Shown here: positions 54,377 to 63,926 of the stretch, piece by piece | Layout: each line of letters starts with the position of its first letter | How positions within the stretch are numbered: position 1 is the stretch's first letter | Source: an uncultured Gammaproteobacteria bacterium | GTDB lineage: Bacteria; Patescibacteriota; Microgenomatia; UBA8517 | DNA length: 64,000 bases | Direction: 5' to 3' | NCBI GenBank assembly: GCA_964583105.1 | Contig: CAZOUV010000003.1 | Coordinates: 14,946 to 78,945 of the forward strand | Notes under the pieces: model-generated | Seen by the model: the letters and a program-made list of their open reading frames with translations, nothing else | Told to the model about the DNA's origin: nothing | Databases searched by the model: none | Translations under genes and position numbers: made by a program

Positions 54377-55438
54377 ATGTATTCTCCAAAGTATGTGATT
54401 TCGAATAAAATTCTTAAAAATATCGGTGCTATTGAGGCCTCTAAGGAAGTTATTGAATCTGCTCCTTTGGTTCCTACATTTCAAAAACAGTTTCAAACAG
54501 ACGCTGTTATTAAAACAGTTCATCACGGAACACATATTGAAGGAAACGACCTAACCCTACTTCAAACTAAAAAAATTCTTGAGGGAGGAGAAGTTTACGG
54601 CAGACCCAGAGATATTCAGGAAGTTATCAATTACAGAAATGTTGTTACCCTTCTTGACGAACTTGCTTTTAAAAGGGGAGGCTATGAATCCGAAATGCTC
54701 AAGGAAATACATAAATTAACTGTGGAAAAAATAGTTGCTTCCGAGAAAGTTGGAGTTTTTAGGACTTCTCAGGTAGTAATTAAAGATGAAGTAACTGGAG
54801 AAGTTGTTTTTTCCCCACCCCCATTTGTGGAAGTTCCTTACCTGTTGGACGATTTCTTTGCCTGGCTTAATTCGACAGAAGCCTTGGAGGTACACCCCAT
54901 CTTAAAAGCCGGAATTACGCACTATATCTTAGTTGCAATCCATCCTTTTGTGGAAGGAAACGGAAGAGTCTCAAGAGCATTCACCACATTAATTCTTATT
55001 AGAGACGGATATGATATCAAAAAATTCTTTTCGATCGAGGAACACTTTGATAATGACCCGGCTTCTTACTATCAGGCATTTTCCCAGGTTGACAAACAAT
55101 CAAGTAATATTGGAGCCAGGGATTTAACGGCTTGGCTCGAATACTTCACACAAGCTGTTGCTTCCGAACTTTCAAAAATAAAAGAAAAGGTTAAAAAACT
55201 CTCAATCGATACAAGACTTAAGGTAAAAATGGGGGAGCAGGTGTCACTTAGCGAAAGACAGGTTAGGCTTTTTGAGTATGTTTCAGACCAGGGATCAGCC
55301 GGAATGCTTGATCTTAAGAAGGTTTTACCTATGGTTTCAGATGACACAATTTTAAGGGACGTAAGAGATTTATTGGAAAAGGGTATTATCAAAAAAACAG
55401 GAAGCACGAAAGCGTCGCGTTATGTAATTGCAAAATAA
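54377..55438 (+). CDS. Fic family protein (AMPylase-type) with C-terminal wHTH
   Basis: Fic motif 'HPFVEGNGRVSRAF'. There is also an N-terminal 'THIEGNDLT' (Fic_N-like). Confidence 0.85.
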   Translation: MYSPKYVISNKILKNIGAIEASKEVIESAPLVPTFQKQFQTDAVIKTVHHGTHIEGNDLTLLQTKKILEGGEVYGRPRDIQEVINYRNVVTLLDELAFKRGGYESEMLKEIHKLTVEKIVASEKVGVFRTSQVVIKDEVTGEVVFSPPPFVEVPYLLDDFFAWLNSTEALEVHPILKAGITHYILVAIHPFVEGNGRVSRAFTTLILIRDGYDIKKFFSIEEHFDNDPASYYQAFSQVDKQSSNIGARDLTAWLEYFTQAVASELSKIKEKVKKLSIDTRLKVKMGEQVSLSERQVRLFEYVSDQGSAGMLDLKKVLPMVSDDTILRDVRDLLEKGIIKKTGSTKASRYVIAK

Positions 55439-55439
55439 T

Positions 55440-55646
55440 ATGTCAGCACTTGATCCGCAGTTTATGTACATGATTCTTATTTTACCCTCTATTTTTGGTC
55501 TTACTTTAATCGGGGAGGGAATAAACAAGCTTATTCATGAAGAATGGGGAGGAATAATATCGGTCATCTTCGGTGTTGTTTTTGTAGGAATGGTTGTTTT
55601 TGCATACCTCTTCTTTTCAAGCTATTTAGCCAGCAAAATGGTCTAA
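55440..55646 (+). CDS. hypothetical small two-TM protein
   Basis: 'MYMILILPSIFGLTLIG' and 'VIFGVVFVGMVVFAYLFF'. Confidence 0.4.
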   Translation: MSALDPQFMYMILILPSIFGLTLIGEGINKLIHEEWGGIISVIFGVVFVGMVVFAYLFFSSYLASKMV

Positions 55647-55942
55647 TAACTTTTCATACCAAGAGTGACACAATGATAGCACTTACTATAATAACATGAA
55701 GCAGTACCTTTTGTTTCATCAACTTCGTCTAAAGGTATCGACTCGAAAGGCATACCAGAAAGAGTCGGATCTTTCCACATTTTGCACAAAACTTTATCGC
55801 CGGATCTTTCCATGGCTGGTAGAGGTACTCTCATACAACCATGAATTTGTGTGAGGTTTATAGGATTTTCTGTAGCCACGCGGTGATTATACATAATTAT
55901 AATCATAATAATCAAATTTTGGGTTTCTGGTGTTTTAAACAA
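55643..55942 (-). CDS. hypothetical Cys/His-containing protein
   Basis: 99-aa ORF. The start is uncertain and no homology was recognised. Confidence 0.3.
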   Translation of the reverse strand: MFKTPETQNLIIMIIIMYNHRVATENPINLTQIHGCMRVPLPAMERSGDKVLCKMWKDPTLSGMPFESIPLDEVDETKGTASCYYSKCYHCVTLGMKSY

Positions 55943-56021
55943 ACGTGTCGACTGTTTTTTGACATGTACTTAAAATCAATAAATAATCGTTTAAGTGTTT
56001 TCGAAGGGGTATAATAGGCAT

Positions 56022-57725
56022 ATGCTTATTAAGGAACTTTCGGAATATCTTGAAAGACTTGAAAAAACGTCTTCCCGTATTGAAATAACCGAGATCCTTT
56101 CAAAACTTTTTAAAAAGACTCCGGTTGATGAAATAGATAAAGTCTGTTATTTGGTCTTAGGGGGTCTTGCTCCAAGCTATGAAAGTGTAATTTTAAATAT
56201 TGCCGAAAAAATGATGTTTAGGGTTATTGCCATGGCATATGGTAAAGATATTTCAGAAATAATAAAAACTTATAAAGAAAAAGGAGATTTGGGAAACACC
56301 GCCTTTAGTTTAGCCAAGAAAAATGCAGACAAATTAAGCGTTTTACGGGTTCATGAAGAGCTTGTGAAGGTTGCAAAAGAAGGTGGAGAGGGAAGTCAGG
56401 AAAGAAAAGTGGACCTTTTAGCAAATCTTCTTAAAAATCTTGATCCACTCTCGTCTAAATATGTCTCCAGAATTCCTGTAGGCCGTCTTAGACTGGGCTT
56501 TTCTGATAAAACGGTACTTGATGCTCTTTCGTGGATGCAGACGGGAAATAAAAGCCTAAAACCATTATTGGAAAAGGCATATCAGGTTCTTCCGGATGTT
56601 GGACTTTTAGCTCGTAGTGTAAAAGAAAAGGGAGTAGAGAAAGCTTGTAAGGGAATTGTACCTGTCGTCGGAATTCCGGTTTTACCCATGCTTGCCCAAA
56701 GAATTAAATCACCCTCCGAAATGATTGAAAAAATGGGAGAGGTTGATGTAGAACCCAAACTGGATGGCCTTAGAATACTGATCCATTTTGTCAGAGGTAA
56801 ATTTATTAAAGCTTTTACTAGAAACTTAAATGAGACTTCCCATATGTTTCCTGAACTGACAAGGATGGAAAAATTTGTTGACTGCGATTCGGCTATTTTT
56901 GACTGTGAGGCTGTTGGACTTGATGAAAAAACTAAACTTATGGCCAACTTTCAGACAACCATGACAAGAAGAAGAAAGCACGATATAGGAGAAACCTCAA
57001 AAAAAGTTGCAATTGAATTTTTTATTTTTGACATCATTTCCAAAGACGGGGAGAGCTTGATGGATAAGAACTATCCTGAAAGAAGGAAGTTTATGGAAGA
57101 AACCATAAAGTTTGGGGGACCTTTCAAATTGGTTCCCTATGAATTAACCAAAAGCCCAGAAAGAATTGGAGAGCTTTATCTACAAAGAATAAAAGAAGGA
57201 TATGAAGGAATTATGGTCAAGAAAGTTACCTCAGGCTATATTCCGGGACGTACAGGTTGGAGATGGGTAAAAATGAAGCAGGGGGAAGAAGCTAAGGGAA
57301 AACTTGCAGATACCATGGACGTTGTTGTCATGGGCTATACCGTTGGTCGGGGAAAAAGAGTAGGTTTCGGGGTAGGACAGTTTTTGATAGGAGTAAGAGA
57401 CGGAGAAAGAATAAAAACCGCTTCAAAAATAGGAACGGGACTAACAGATGAACAGTTTAGGGAAATGAAGAGAAGACTTACAAAATTGGAAGTAAAAAAT
57501 AAACCCAAAGAATATGAAGTACATAAAAACTACACTCCGGACTACTGGGTAACCCCATCTTTGGTTGTAGAGATTGCAGCCGATGAAATAACCAAAAGCC
57601 CAACCCATACCGCAGGAATTGCCTTAAGATTTCCAAGACTTGTAAGGTTCAGAGATGACAGAAGCCCAAATGATGTAACAACCCTAAAAGAACTTAAAAG
57701 GCTTTTTGATTTGCAAAAGTCATAA
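56022..57725 (+). CDS. ATP-dependent DNA ligase (archaeal/eukaryal Lig1-like)
   Basis: 'VEPKLDGLR' (KxDG), 'EGIMVK' and 'LRFPRLVRFRDD'. TATAAT lies 6 nt before ATG 56022. Confidence 0.9.
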   Translation: MLIKELSEYLERLEKTSSRIEITEILSKLFKKTPVDEIDKVCYLVLGGLAPSYESVILNIAEKMMFRVIAMAYGKDISEIIKTYKEKGDLGNTAFSLAKKNADKLSVLRVHEELVKVAKEGGEGSQERKVDLLANLLKNLDPLSSKYVSRIPVGRLRLGFSDKTVLDALSWMQTGNKSLKPLLEKAYQVLPDVGLLARSVKEKGVEKACKGIVPVVGIPVLPMLAQRIKSPSEMIEKMGEVDVEPKLDGLRILIHFVRGKFIKAFTRNLNETSHMFPELTRMEKFVDCDSAIFDCEAVGLDEKTKLMANFQTTMTRRRKHDIGETSKKVAIEFFIFDIISKDGESLMDKNYPERRKFMEETIKFGGPFKLVPYELTKSPERIGELYLQRIKEGYEGIMVKKVTSGYIPGRTGWRWVKMKQGEEAKGKLADTMDVVVMGYTVGRGKRVGFGVGQFLIGVRDGERIKTASKIGTGLTDEQFREMKRRLTKLEVKNKPKEYEVHKNYTPDYWVTPSLVVEIAADEITKSPTHTAGIALRFPRLVRFRDDRSPNDVTTLKELKRLFDLQKS

Positions 57726-59214
57726 CTCGAATTCCGTCGAAGCTCTTTTCTTCCAGTAATTTTCCTGTTTTATTTATATTTTTAATTGCATTATCTTTGT
57801 ATAAAGAAGGAATTCTTGGTGTTTCGTCTACTATCAAAAACATGTATTTTTCTTTCCCTGTGGTTTTTTTGAGTGTGTTATAGGGTGTAAGTTGATCTCC
57901 TCCCAACCATGAGGGCTTATAACCCCATTTATTTCCATACCAGTCATAGTTCCATGCCCAAACGGCATTTATATAAAGAGGATTTGTGACAGTATCTATT
58001 GCAAAAAGTTCACCTTCCGATTTTTCATAAGTGTATTTCATTGCCTCAATTTGTCTTGAAAGAATAGCTGCTTTATCTGGTTCCAATAAAGGTTGTCCCG
58101 ATCCATATGAGTTTTTAATTGCGGAAAGATTCATATAAATAAAAAATAAAATAACGGGAATAAATATAAGCTTTGGTTTTATCTTGGAAATTAAGTATAC
58201 CCCCATGATAATTCCTGCCCCCTGCCTTCCTATTAAAAACCATGGTGCATTGTGAGATCCTAATATCAGCATGATGATGGGGGAGAAGAGCCAGACAAGA
58301 AGAAAAAGATTTCTTTTTCTTATCTTTTTATCTTTTTTTTCTTTAATAATCTCATAAATAAAAAACAAAACTACAATTAAACCAAAAGCAAGACCAAACC
58401 CTTTATTTTGAGGCCAGAAGTTTAAATAAAAAGTTTCCCATTTGGTAAGCAGGAATTCTTTTAAAAGTGGGATAAACCCCGCATGGGTTTCTCCTACAAG
58501 TTTCCCTGCCCCTAATAAGCTTAATATTCCTGTAAATCGAAATTTAATTTCGGTTGCGATCATTGTCGAAAGTGATGCAAGAAGAATAAACACGGAAATA
58601 AATATTGTTTTTATGTTTGGAAACCTAGGTTTAAGAACGAACCATAAAATAAAAAATACTGGAATTAAATAAATAAAGAAAAGTTCAAGTTGAATCGAAA
58701 GTCCCAAAGAAACCATTGAAAGAAAAAGTCCCCATTTTTTCTTTTCGTAATATTCCCAAATTCCAAAAAAGAATAGAGGAACGGAAAGAAGAGTAAGAGT
58801 TGGGTTTGAAAGCCAGCCCGCAAAGGAAACATAGTAATATGAAACTGCAGTTAGGATACCTGCAGTTATTCCTACTTTTTTACTCTTAAATAAATCCTTG
58901 GCAAGTAAAAAAATTACAACTGCAGAGAAGGCATTAAAAAGAGAGTTCCATAAAACAATGTATATGGGATTATGGGAGAAAATAAGGGGAATTGCCGTAA
59001 AATACAGCCAGAAAACTCCATGATGTAGATTTGGGTTATTACCTGCAGTAGGACCTATTATTTTCAAATCTCCCTGAAGAATTTTTAAAGAATCAAACAA
59101 ATCTCTTGCCTGATCGAAACCTATTATTGTATTTGCGGGCCAGACGGAAATAAACCTGACCGCAAATGCAAAAAGAAATATTAAAAGTGAAATGGTTAAT
59201 ACTTTTTTATTCAT
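57694..59214 (-). CDS. ArnT/PMT-like (GT39/GT83) membrane glycosyltransferase
   Basis: 506 aa, about 11-13 TMs, with an N-terminal loop 'GFDQARDL'. Confidence 0.7.
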   Translation of the reverse strand: MNKKVLTISLLIFLFAFAVRFISVWPANTIIGFDQARDLFDSLKILQGDLKIIGPTAGNNPNLHHGVFWLYFTAIPLIFSHNPIYIVLWNSLFNAFSAVVIFLLAKDLFKSKKVGITAGILTAVSYYYVSFAGWLSNPTLTLLSVPLFFFGIWEYYEKKKWGLFLSMVSLGLSIQLELFFIYLIPVFFILWFVLKPRFPNIKTIFISVFILLASLSTMIATEIKFRFTGILSLLGAGKLVGETHAGFIPLLKEFLLTKWETFYLNFWPQNKGFGLAFGLIVVLFFIYEIIKEKKDKKIRKRNLFLLVWLFSPIIMLILGSHNAPWFLIGRQGAGIIMGVYLISKIKPKLIFIPVILFFIYMNLSAIKNSYGSGQPLLEPDKAAILSRQIEAMKYTYEKSEGELFAIDTVTNPLYINAVWAWNYDWYGNKWGYKPSWLGGDQLTPYNTLKKTTGKEKYMFLIVDETPRIPSLYKDNAIKNINKTGKLLEEKSFDGIRVMTFANQKAF

Positions 59215-59299
59215 TCGAACTTAAAAAGATTGTAACATGTTCTTGACTAGTATAAGCATCTTGTGAAAAGATGAAAACAGAATTGGGGGTGAGAAGAAA

Positions 59300-59620
59300 A
59301 TGAAGGGAACAGGTCTTAAAAAAGAAACAGCAGCCGCTCTTTCCTATGTATTGGGTCCTATTACGGGTATTATCTTTCTTGTTTTAGAGAAAGATCCATT
59401 TGTTAGATTCCACGCAATGCAGTCGATAGTTGTTTTTGTAATAATGTTTGGCTTGCAGTGGGTTTTAACACTTACAATAATTTTGGTATTTCTAGTTCCT
59501 CTTATTGGAATTGTTACATTCATTCTTTGGTTACTACTTATTTACAAAGCTTGGATGGGAGAAAGCTGGGAAGTGCCAATACTTGGAAAATTAGCAAAAA
59601 AACTACTAAAGAAAGCTTAA
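59300..59620 (+). CDS. DUF4870 family membrane protein
   Basis: 'AAALSYVLGPITGIIFLVLEKDPFVRFHAMQS'. Confidence 0.65.
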   Translation: MKGTGLKKETAAALSYVLGPITGIIFLVLEKDPFVRFHAMQSIVVFVIMFGLQWVLTLTIILVFLVPLIGIVTFILWLLLIYKAWMGESWEVPILGKLAKKLLKKA

Positions 59621-59989
59621 GGAGTAGGATGTTTGGTTCTTGGGTGTATTTTTTTTCTAAAGTTATTGTGTCTGTATAGTTGTCTAACACAAGTCTTATT
59701 TTTTGTTGCAGTATTGGTTCGTTTAGTTGTGGGGTGCGGGGGTTTTGCGAAGAGAACACATTTTACAACAGGCTTCATTATTTATTCCCCTGCAGTGGAA
59801 ACTGATTCCCCCCCTTTCATTAAGTTTATATTCAATAAGTCCAGAAGTTATTGCTTTACGCCGACCCCTAAGGGGACATATTGTAGGTGTCCAGTATTTT
59901 GCAAGCAATAAATATATTTCTTGGCGACCCATATTTTTCAGATTCTATTTCCCCTTCTACTTGTTGTCAAGTTCGGTTAAAATTGAAAC

Positions 59990-60463
59990 ATGAAACTAAT
60001 TATCGGTCTTGGAAACCCGGGGGAGAAGTACAAAAATAACCGTCACAATGTTGGTTATATGGTTGTTGATAGAATAAAAGAAAGGGGTTTGAGAATTAAG
60101 GATGCAGTTATAGTCAAAACCAATACGTTCATGAACGATTCGGGGACTTCAGTTGGGGAAATTATAAGTAAAAATAAAGTGGATTTAGGGAATTTATATA
60201 TTATTCACGACGATCTTGATTTACCCTTAGGAACTTGGAAAATCCAGTATGCAAAAGGGCCCAAAGATAACGGAGGAATTAACTCAATTGAGCAAATTTT
60301 GAGTACGGAAAACTTCTGGAGAATAAGAGTGGGAATTGATAACAGAAATCCCGAAAAAAGAATTTCAGGGGAGGAATATGTTTTGCAGGATTTTACCACT
60401 GAAGAGAAAATTATTTTAGATGGGGTACTTAATGAAATATGCAGCAAATTGGAGACATTATAA
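59990..60463 (+). CDS. pth: peptidyl-tRNA hydrolase (short form)
   Basis: 'LIIGLGNPGEKYKNNRHNVG' and 'IIHDDLDLPLG'. Confidence 0.9.
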   Translation: MKLIIGLGNPGEKYKNNRHNVGYMVVDRIKERGLRIKDAVIVKTNTFMNDSGTSVGEIISKNKVDLGNLYIIHDDLDLPLGTWKIQYAKGPKDNGGINSIEQILSTENFWRIRVGIDNRNPEKRISGEEYVLQDFTTEEKIILDGVLNEICSKLETL

Positions 60464-60714
60464 AAAAGTTTGAGAGCAACAAAGACAAATATATATCTCA
60501 GGAGTTTCAGAAATATGGATACGATTTGGCACAAGAGTTGGGAGATCCCAAAAACGTTTCGATGTATATAAAACTTGCCAAAATTTCTCCGAGGGCATAC
60601 CTTGAAATTGCCCGTAATTTTGTCAAGGATGCCTATAAAGTAAAAAGCAGGCCCGCCTTGTTTCTTTGGAAACTGAAAGAATTAAATAAAGAAGCTTATG
60701 GGAAATTACATTGA
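60439..60714 (+). CDS. hypothetical protein
   Basis: 91-aa ORF that overlaps the pth 3' end. No homology recognised. Confidence 0.35.
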   Translation: MQQIGDIIKKFESNKDKYISQEFQKYGYDLAQELGDPKNVSMYIKLAKISPRAYLEIARNFVKDAYKVKSRPALFLWKLKELNKEAYGKLH

Positions 60715-61657
60715 TTTAATTATTATTTTGGTTTTAATCTATTTTGCAACGGAAGCGTGGCGTCACGGCTTCTGGGTCATAATAGTTGATTTCATTTCTT
60801 TTTTAAGTTCAATACTAATATCTTTAAGTCTATATAAATACGTATCCGTTTTTTTAAGAAGCAATTTTTCCCTTTCAAGTTCAATTTCCAATGCGGTGGG
60901 TTTTTTAGTAGCAGCAATTATTATTGAAGGGATACTGGGGTTTATTCTGGCAAGAATTCTTCATAGATTTCCGGAGAAAATTAAGGAAGGGTTTTTACTT
61001 AGAGTTATGGCAACAATCCCCGCAATAGGCGAGGGTTTTATTTTAATTGCTTTTTTCTTAACTCTTGCAGTTGCTTTTCCTTTAAAACCCTCAATTAAAG
61101 CAGATATTATCGGATCAAAAATTGGCAGCATAATTCTTAACAAAACGGTTATTGTCGAAAAGTCCGTTAATGAAATATTTGGGGGAGTAATTGAGGATTC
61201 CTTAACCTATCTTACAGTGAAGCCCGGAAGCAACGAACGGGTACAATTAGATTCACCCAATAATGTTCTTAGTAGGGATGAAAAAAGCGCAAAAGAAATG
61301 TTTAATCTAATTAATAACGAGAGAGATAGGTTGGGAATTTCAAAACTTTCATGGGATGAAAAATTGGCGGTATTATCATCAAACTACGCTTTATATATGT
61401 GGGAGAATTACTATTTTGGTCATACGGATTCATTCGGAAACGATGTTGGTGATAGACTTGAGGATTCCAAAATACAATACTCCATTGCAGGAGAAAATCT
61501 TGCCCTTGCTCCAACCTTAGTTTTTGCCCATAACGGACTTATGAATTCAGAGGGCCACAGGGAAAATATTTTGAATGAGAAGTTCGATAAAATTGGTATA
61601 GGGGTTGTTGATAATGGTGTATACGGAAAAATTTTTGTCCAAGTCTTTACCAACTGA
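60698..61657 (+). CDS. CvpA-like membrane domain fused to CAP/SCP (YkwD-like) domain
   Basis: N-terminal 4 TMs (CvpA-like). The C-terminal 'GHTDSFGN..GENLA..NSEGHRENIL' is CAP-like. Confidence 0.7.
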   Translation: MGNYIDLIIILVLIYFATEAWRHGFWVIIVDFISFLSSILISLSLYKYVSVFLRSNFSLSSSISNAVGFLVAAIIIEGILGFILARILHRFPEKIKEGFLLRVMATIPAIGEGFILIAFFLTLAVAFPLKPSIKADIIGSKIGSIILNKTVIVEKSVNEIFGGVIEDSLTYLTVKPGSNERVQLDSPNNVLSRDEKSAKEMFNLINNERDRLGISKLSWDEKLAVLSSNYALYMWENYYFGHTDSFGNDVGDRLEDSKIQYSIAGENLALAPTLVFAHNGLMNSEGHRENILNEKFDKIGIGVVDNGVYGKIFVQVFTN

Positions 61658-61672
61658 TGCTAGAATAAATTA

Positions 61673-62149
61673 ATGAAACGTATTTTCTTTATTCATGTTT
61701 CCTTTCTTGTTTCTTTTTTTATTATTCTTTCTCTTATTAATTCCTGGTTTAATTTATCTTTTTGGCCTCTTTGGCTGGGGGCTTTAATCGGAAGTTTTCT
61801 TCCTGAGCTTGACAGCCTTATTTACATATTTTTTGTTAATTCTCAGGAATTAACATCCCAAAGAGTAATCTTTTATTTTAAAAAGGGGAGTTTTTTAACT
61901 GCGTTGAAACTTTTGTTTGACACAAGCGCAGAAAGAGTTAATCTGGTGTTTCATTCTCTTTCATTTATTACTGTTTTATATATTCTTCTTTTCTGGCTTG
62001 TAACATCATCTGGAAGCATATTCGGAAAAGGGGTTGTTTTTGCCATGCTTTTACACCTGATTGTTTCCGAACTGATAAAAAGGAAATATCCTTTCTGGTA
62101 TCCGCTAATTGGCCTGGGAATACTTCTTGTGTTGGGGGTAATGGCTTAG
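61673..62149 (+). CDS. hypothetical polytopic membrane protein
   Basis: 158 aa with 4-5 TMs. Confidence 0.45.
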   Translation: MKRIFFIHVSFLVSFFIILSLINSWFNLSFWPLWLGALIGSFLPELDSLIYIFFVNSQELTSQRVIFYFKKGSFLTALKLLFDTSAERVNLVFHSLSFITVLYILLFWLVTSSGSIFGKGVVFAMLLHLIVSELIKRKYPFWYPLIGLGILLVLGVMA

Positions 62150-62165
62150 TATCATAGGACCTTGT

Positions 62166-63410
62166 ATGATTTCGGCTTATGTCAACTCTCAAAAACAACT
62201 TTCTCAGGTAGTTTCTTTTTTGGAAAAAGAATATTCGGATAAAAAAAGATTTCAAAAAGCTGTTTTACTTCTTAAAAAACCCCAAAGATTGTTATCGAAA
62301 AATTTATCAATAAAATTAGATAGTGGAAAAACAAAGTTGTTTAAGGCATATAGAAGTCAATTTAACGACGCCAGAGGCCCATTTAAAGGTGGAATAAGAT
62401 ATCACCCCAATGTTTCTGAAGATGAAGTAAAAGCCCTTTCTTTTTGGATGGCAGTTAAATGTGCCGTAGTGGGGATTCCCTATGGAGGAGCCAAAGGGGG
62501 AATTGTCGTTGACACTTCAACCTTAAGCCAAAATGAATTAAAGAGATTGTCATATGCTTATGCGGAGTTTCTTACTCCTTATATTGGCCCTTGGATTGAC
62601 GTTCCTGCTCCTGATGTAAATACAGATGGACAAATAATGGCTTGGCTACTTGAGGCCTACGAGAATAAGATCGGACACCAATCTCCCGCTACATTTACCG
62701 GAAAGCCTCTTGAACTTGGCGGTTCTCAGGGAAGAACTGAAGCAACAGGATTAGGGGGGGTGGTTGTTCTAAAAGAATACCTCAAGAAAAAAGGACTAAA
62801 TCCCAAAAAAACCACAATTGCCGTACAGGGCATAGGCAATGTAGGCTATTTTTTTGCGAAGATAGCTCAGGAAGAGGGATTGAAAGTAGTTGCCATATCG
62901 GATTCAAAAGGTGGAATTTACAATCCTAAAGGACTAAATATTGAAAAAATTAAAGAAGAGAAAGAAAAAACTGGAAAGATTAAAGCAAATATTACAAATG
63001 AGGAACTTTTAACCTTACCTGTAGATATCTTAGTTCCCGCAGCTTTGGAAAATACAATAACAAAGGAGAATGCAAATAGGATAAAAGCAAAAGTTGTATT
63101 TGAAATGGCCAATGGTCCCACAACTTCGGGGGCAGACGAAATTTTAGAAAAAAGGAAAATAGACGTAATTCCCGATGTTTTGACAAATGCAGGAGGAGTA
63201 ACTGTATCCTATTTCGAATGGGCCCAAAACCTAAACGGATATTATTGGGAGAAGGAAGATGTGCTGACAAAAGAAAGAAAAATAATGATTGAAGCATTTA
63301 ACGATATCTATGATGAGGCAAAAGAAAGAAAGATAACATACAGGAAAGCAGCTTTTATACTTGCTGTTAAAAGAATAATTGACGCAATGATACTTCGGGG
63401 GAGGGTTTAA
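62166..63410 (+). CDS. gdhA: glutamate dehydrogenase
   Basis: 'FKGGIRYHP', 'PYGGAKGG' and 'VQGIGNVG'. Confidence 0.9.
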   Translation: MISAYVNSQKQLSQVVSFLEKEYSDKKRFQKAVLLLKKPQRLLSKNLSIKLDSGKTKLFKAYRSQFNDARGPFKGGIRYHPNVSEDEVKALSFWMAVKCAVVGIPYGGAKGGIVVDTSTLSQNELKRLSYAYAEFLTPYIGPWIDVPAPDVNTDGQIMAWLLEAYENKIGHQSPATFTGKPLELGGSQGRTEATGLGGVVVLKEYLKKKGLNPKKTTIAVQGIGNVGYFFAKIAQEEGLKVVAISDSKGGIYNPKGLNIEKIKEEKEKTGKIKANITNEELLTLPVDILVPAALENTITKENANRIKAKVVFEMANGPTTSGADEILEKRKIDVIPDVLTNAGGVTVSYFEWAQNLNGYYWEKEDVLTKERKIMIEAFNDIYDEAKERKITYRKAAFILAVKRIIDAMILRGRV

Positions 63411-63667
63411 TAGATATTTCCTCTAAAATCAATCTCTCTTATATAAATTACATTCTCTTTTTGATCAATTTGATAGATGATTCTGAATTTTCTATATCTT
63501 AGTCTGTAACTCGAACGGGTATTTAATAATTTTTTAATATCCATATTACCGGTTTTGAAGGGATCTCGAGCTATTCTTTCGATTTTTGAAACAAGAACCA
63601 GAAGATCCTTTTTAGCTATTTTTTTAAAAAATTTAAAAACTGCAGGATGGTAGAGTAATTTATACAT
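63407..63667 (-). CDS. relE: RelE/ParE family toxin
   Basis: 86 aa with 'YRLRYRKFRIIYQIDQKENVIYIREIDFRGNIY'. Confidence 0.8.
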   Translation of the reverse strand: MYKLLYHPAVFKFFKKIAKKDLLVLVSKIERIARDPFKTGNMDIKKLLNTRSSYRLRYRKFRIIYQIDQKENVIYIREIDFRGNIY

Positions 63668-63926
63668 GACCTAGGAGCTTTTTGACATCTTCGTGTTTTA
63701 CCCAACCTACTTTTGAAGCATCCTCTTTCTCATATTCCTCTGCCCTGAGAGATAAATAGTAATCTTCAAGCTGCTCTGAGATTTTATTGAACTCTTCGAC
63801 AGAAAGAATTACAGCGCGGGGAGTACTTCTGTTAAATAAGAAAAGAGGGGATAGGTCGGCTTTAGCCAATACTTCTTCTGTCTTAAATCTTAAGTCGGAT
63901 ATTGTACTTATGTTTGTAGATAACAT
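63660..63926 (-). CDS. Phd/YefM family antitoxin
   Basis: 'ISDLRFKTEEVL..PLFLFNRSTPRAVILSVEEF'. It overlaps the toxin start. Confidence 0.8.
   Translation of the reverse strand: MLSTNISTISDLRFKTEEVLAKADLSPLFLFNRSTPRAVILSVEEFNKISEQLEDYYLSLRAEEYEKEDASKVGWVKHEDVKKLLGHV

Noticed and set aside
59720-59850. RNase P RNA-like words ('GGGGTGCGG..AGAGAACAC', 'ACAACAGGCTTCA', 'AAGTCCAG').
   Set aside because: The order of the elements is wrong for RNase P on either strand, and no 'GAGGAAAGUCC' CR-I is present. An SRP-like GGAA hairpin lacks complementary flanks. The region is kept only as a generic ncRNA candidate.
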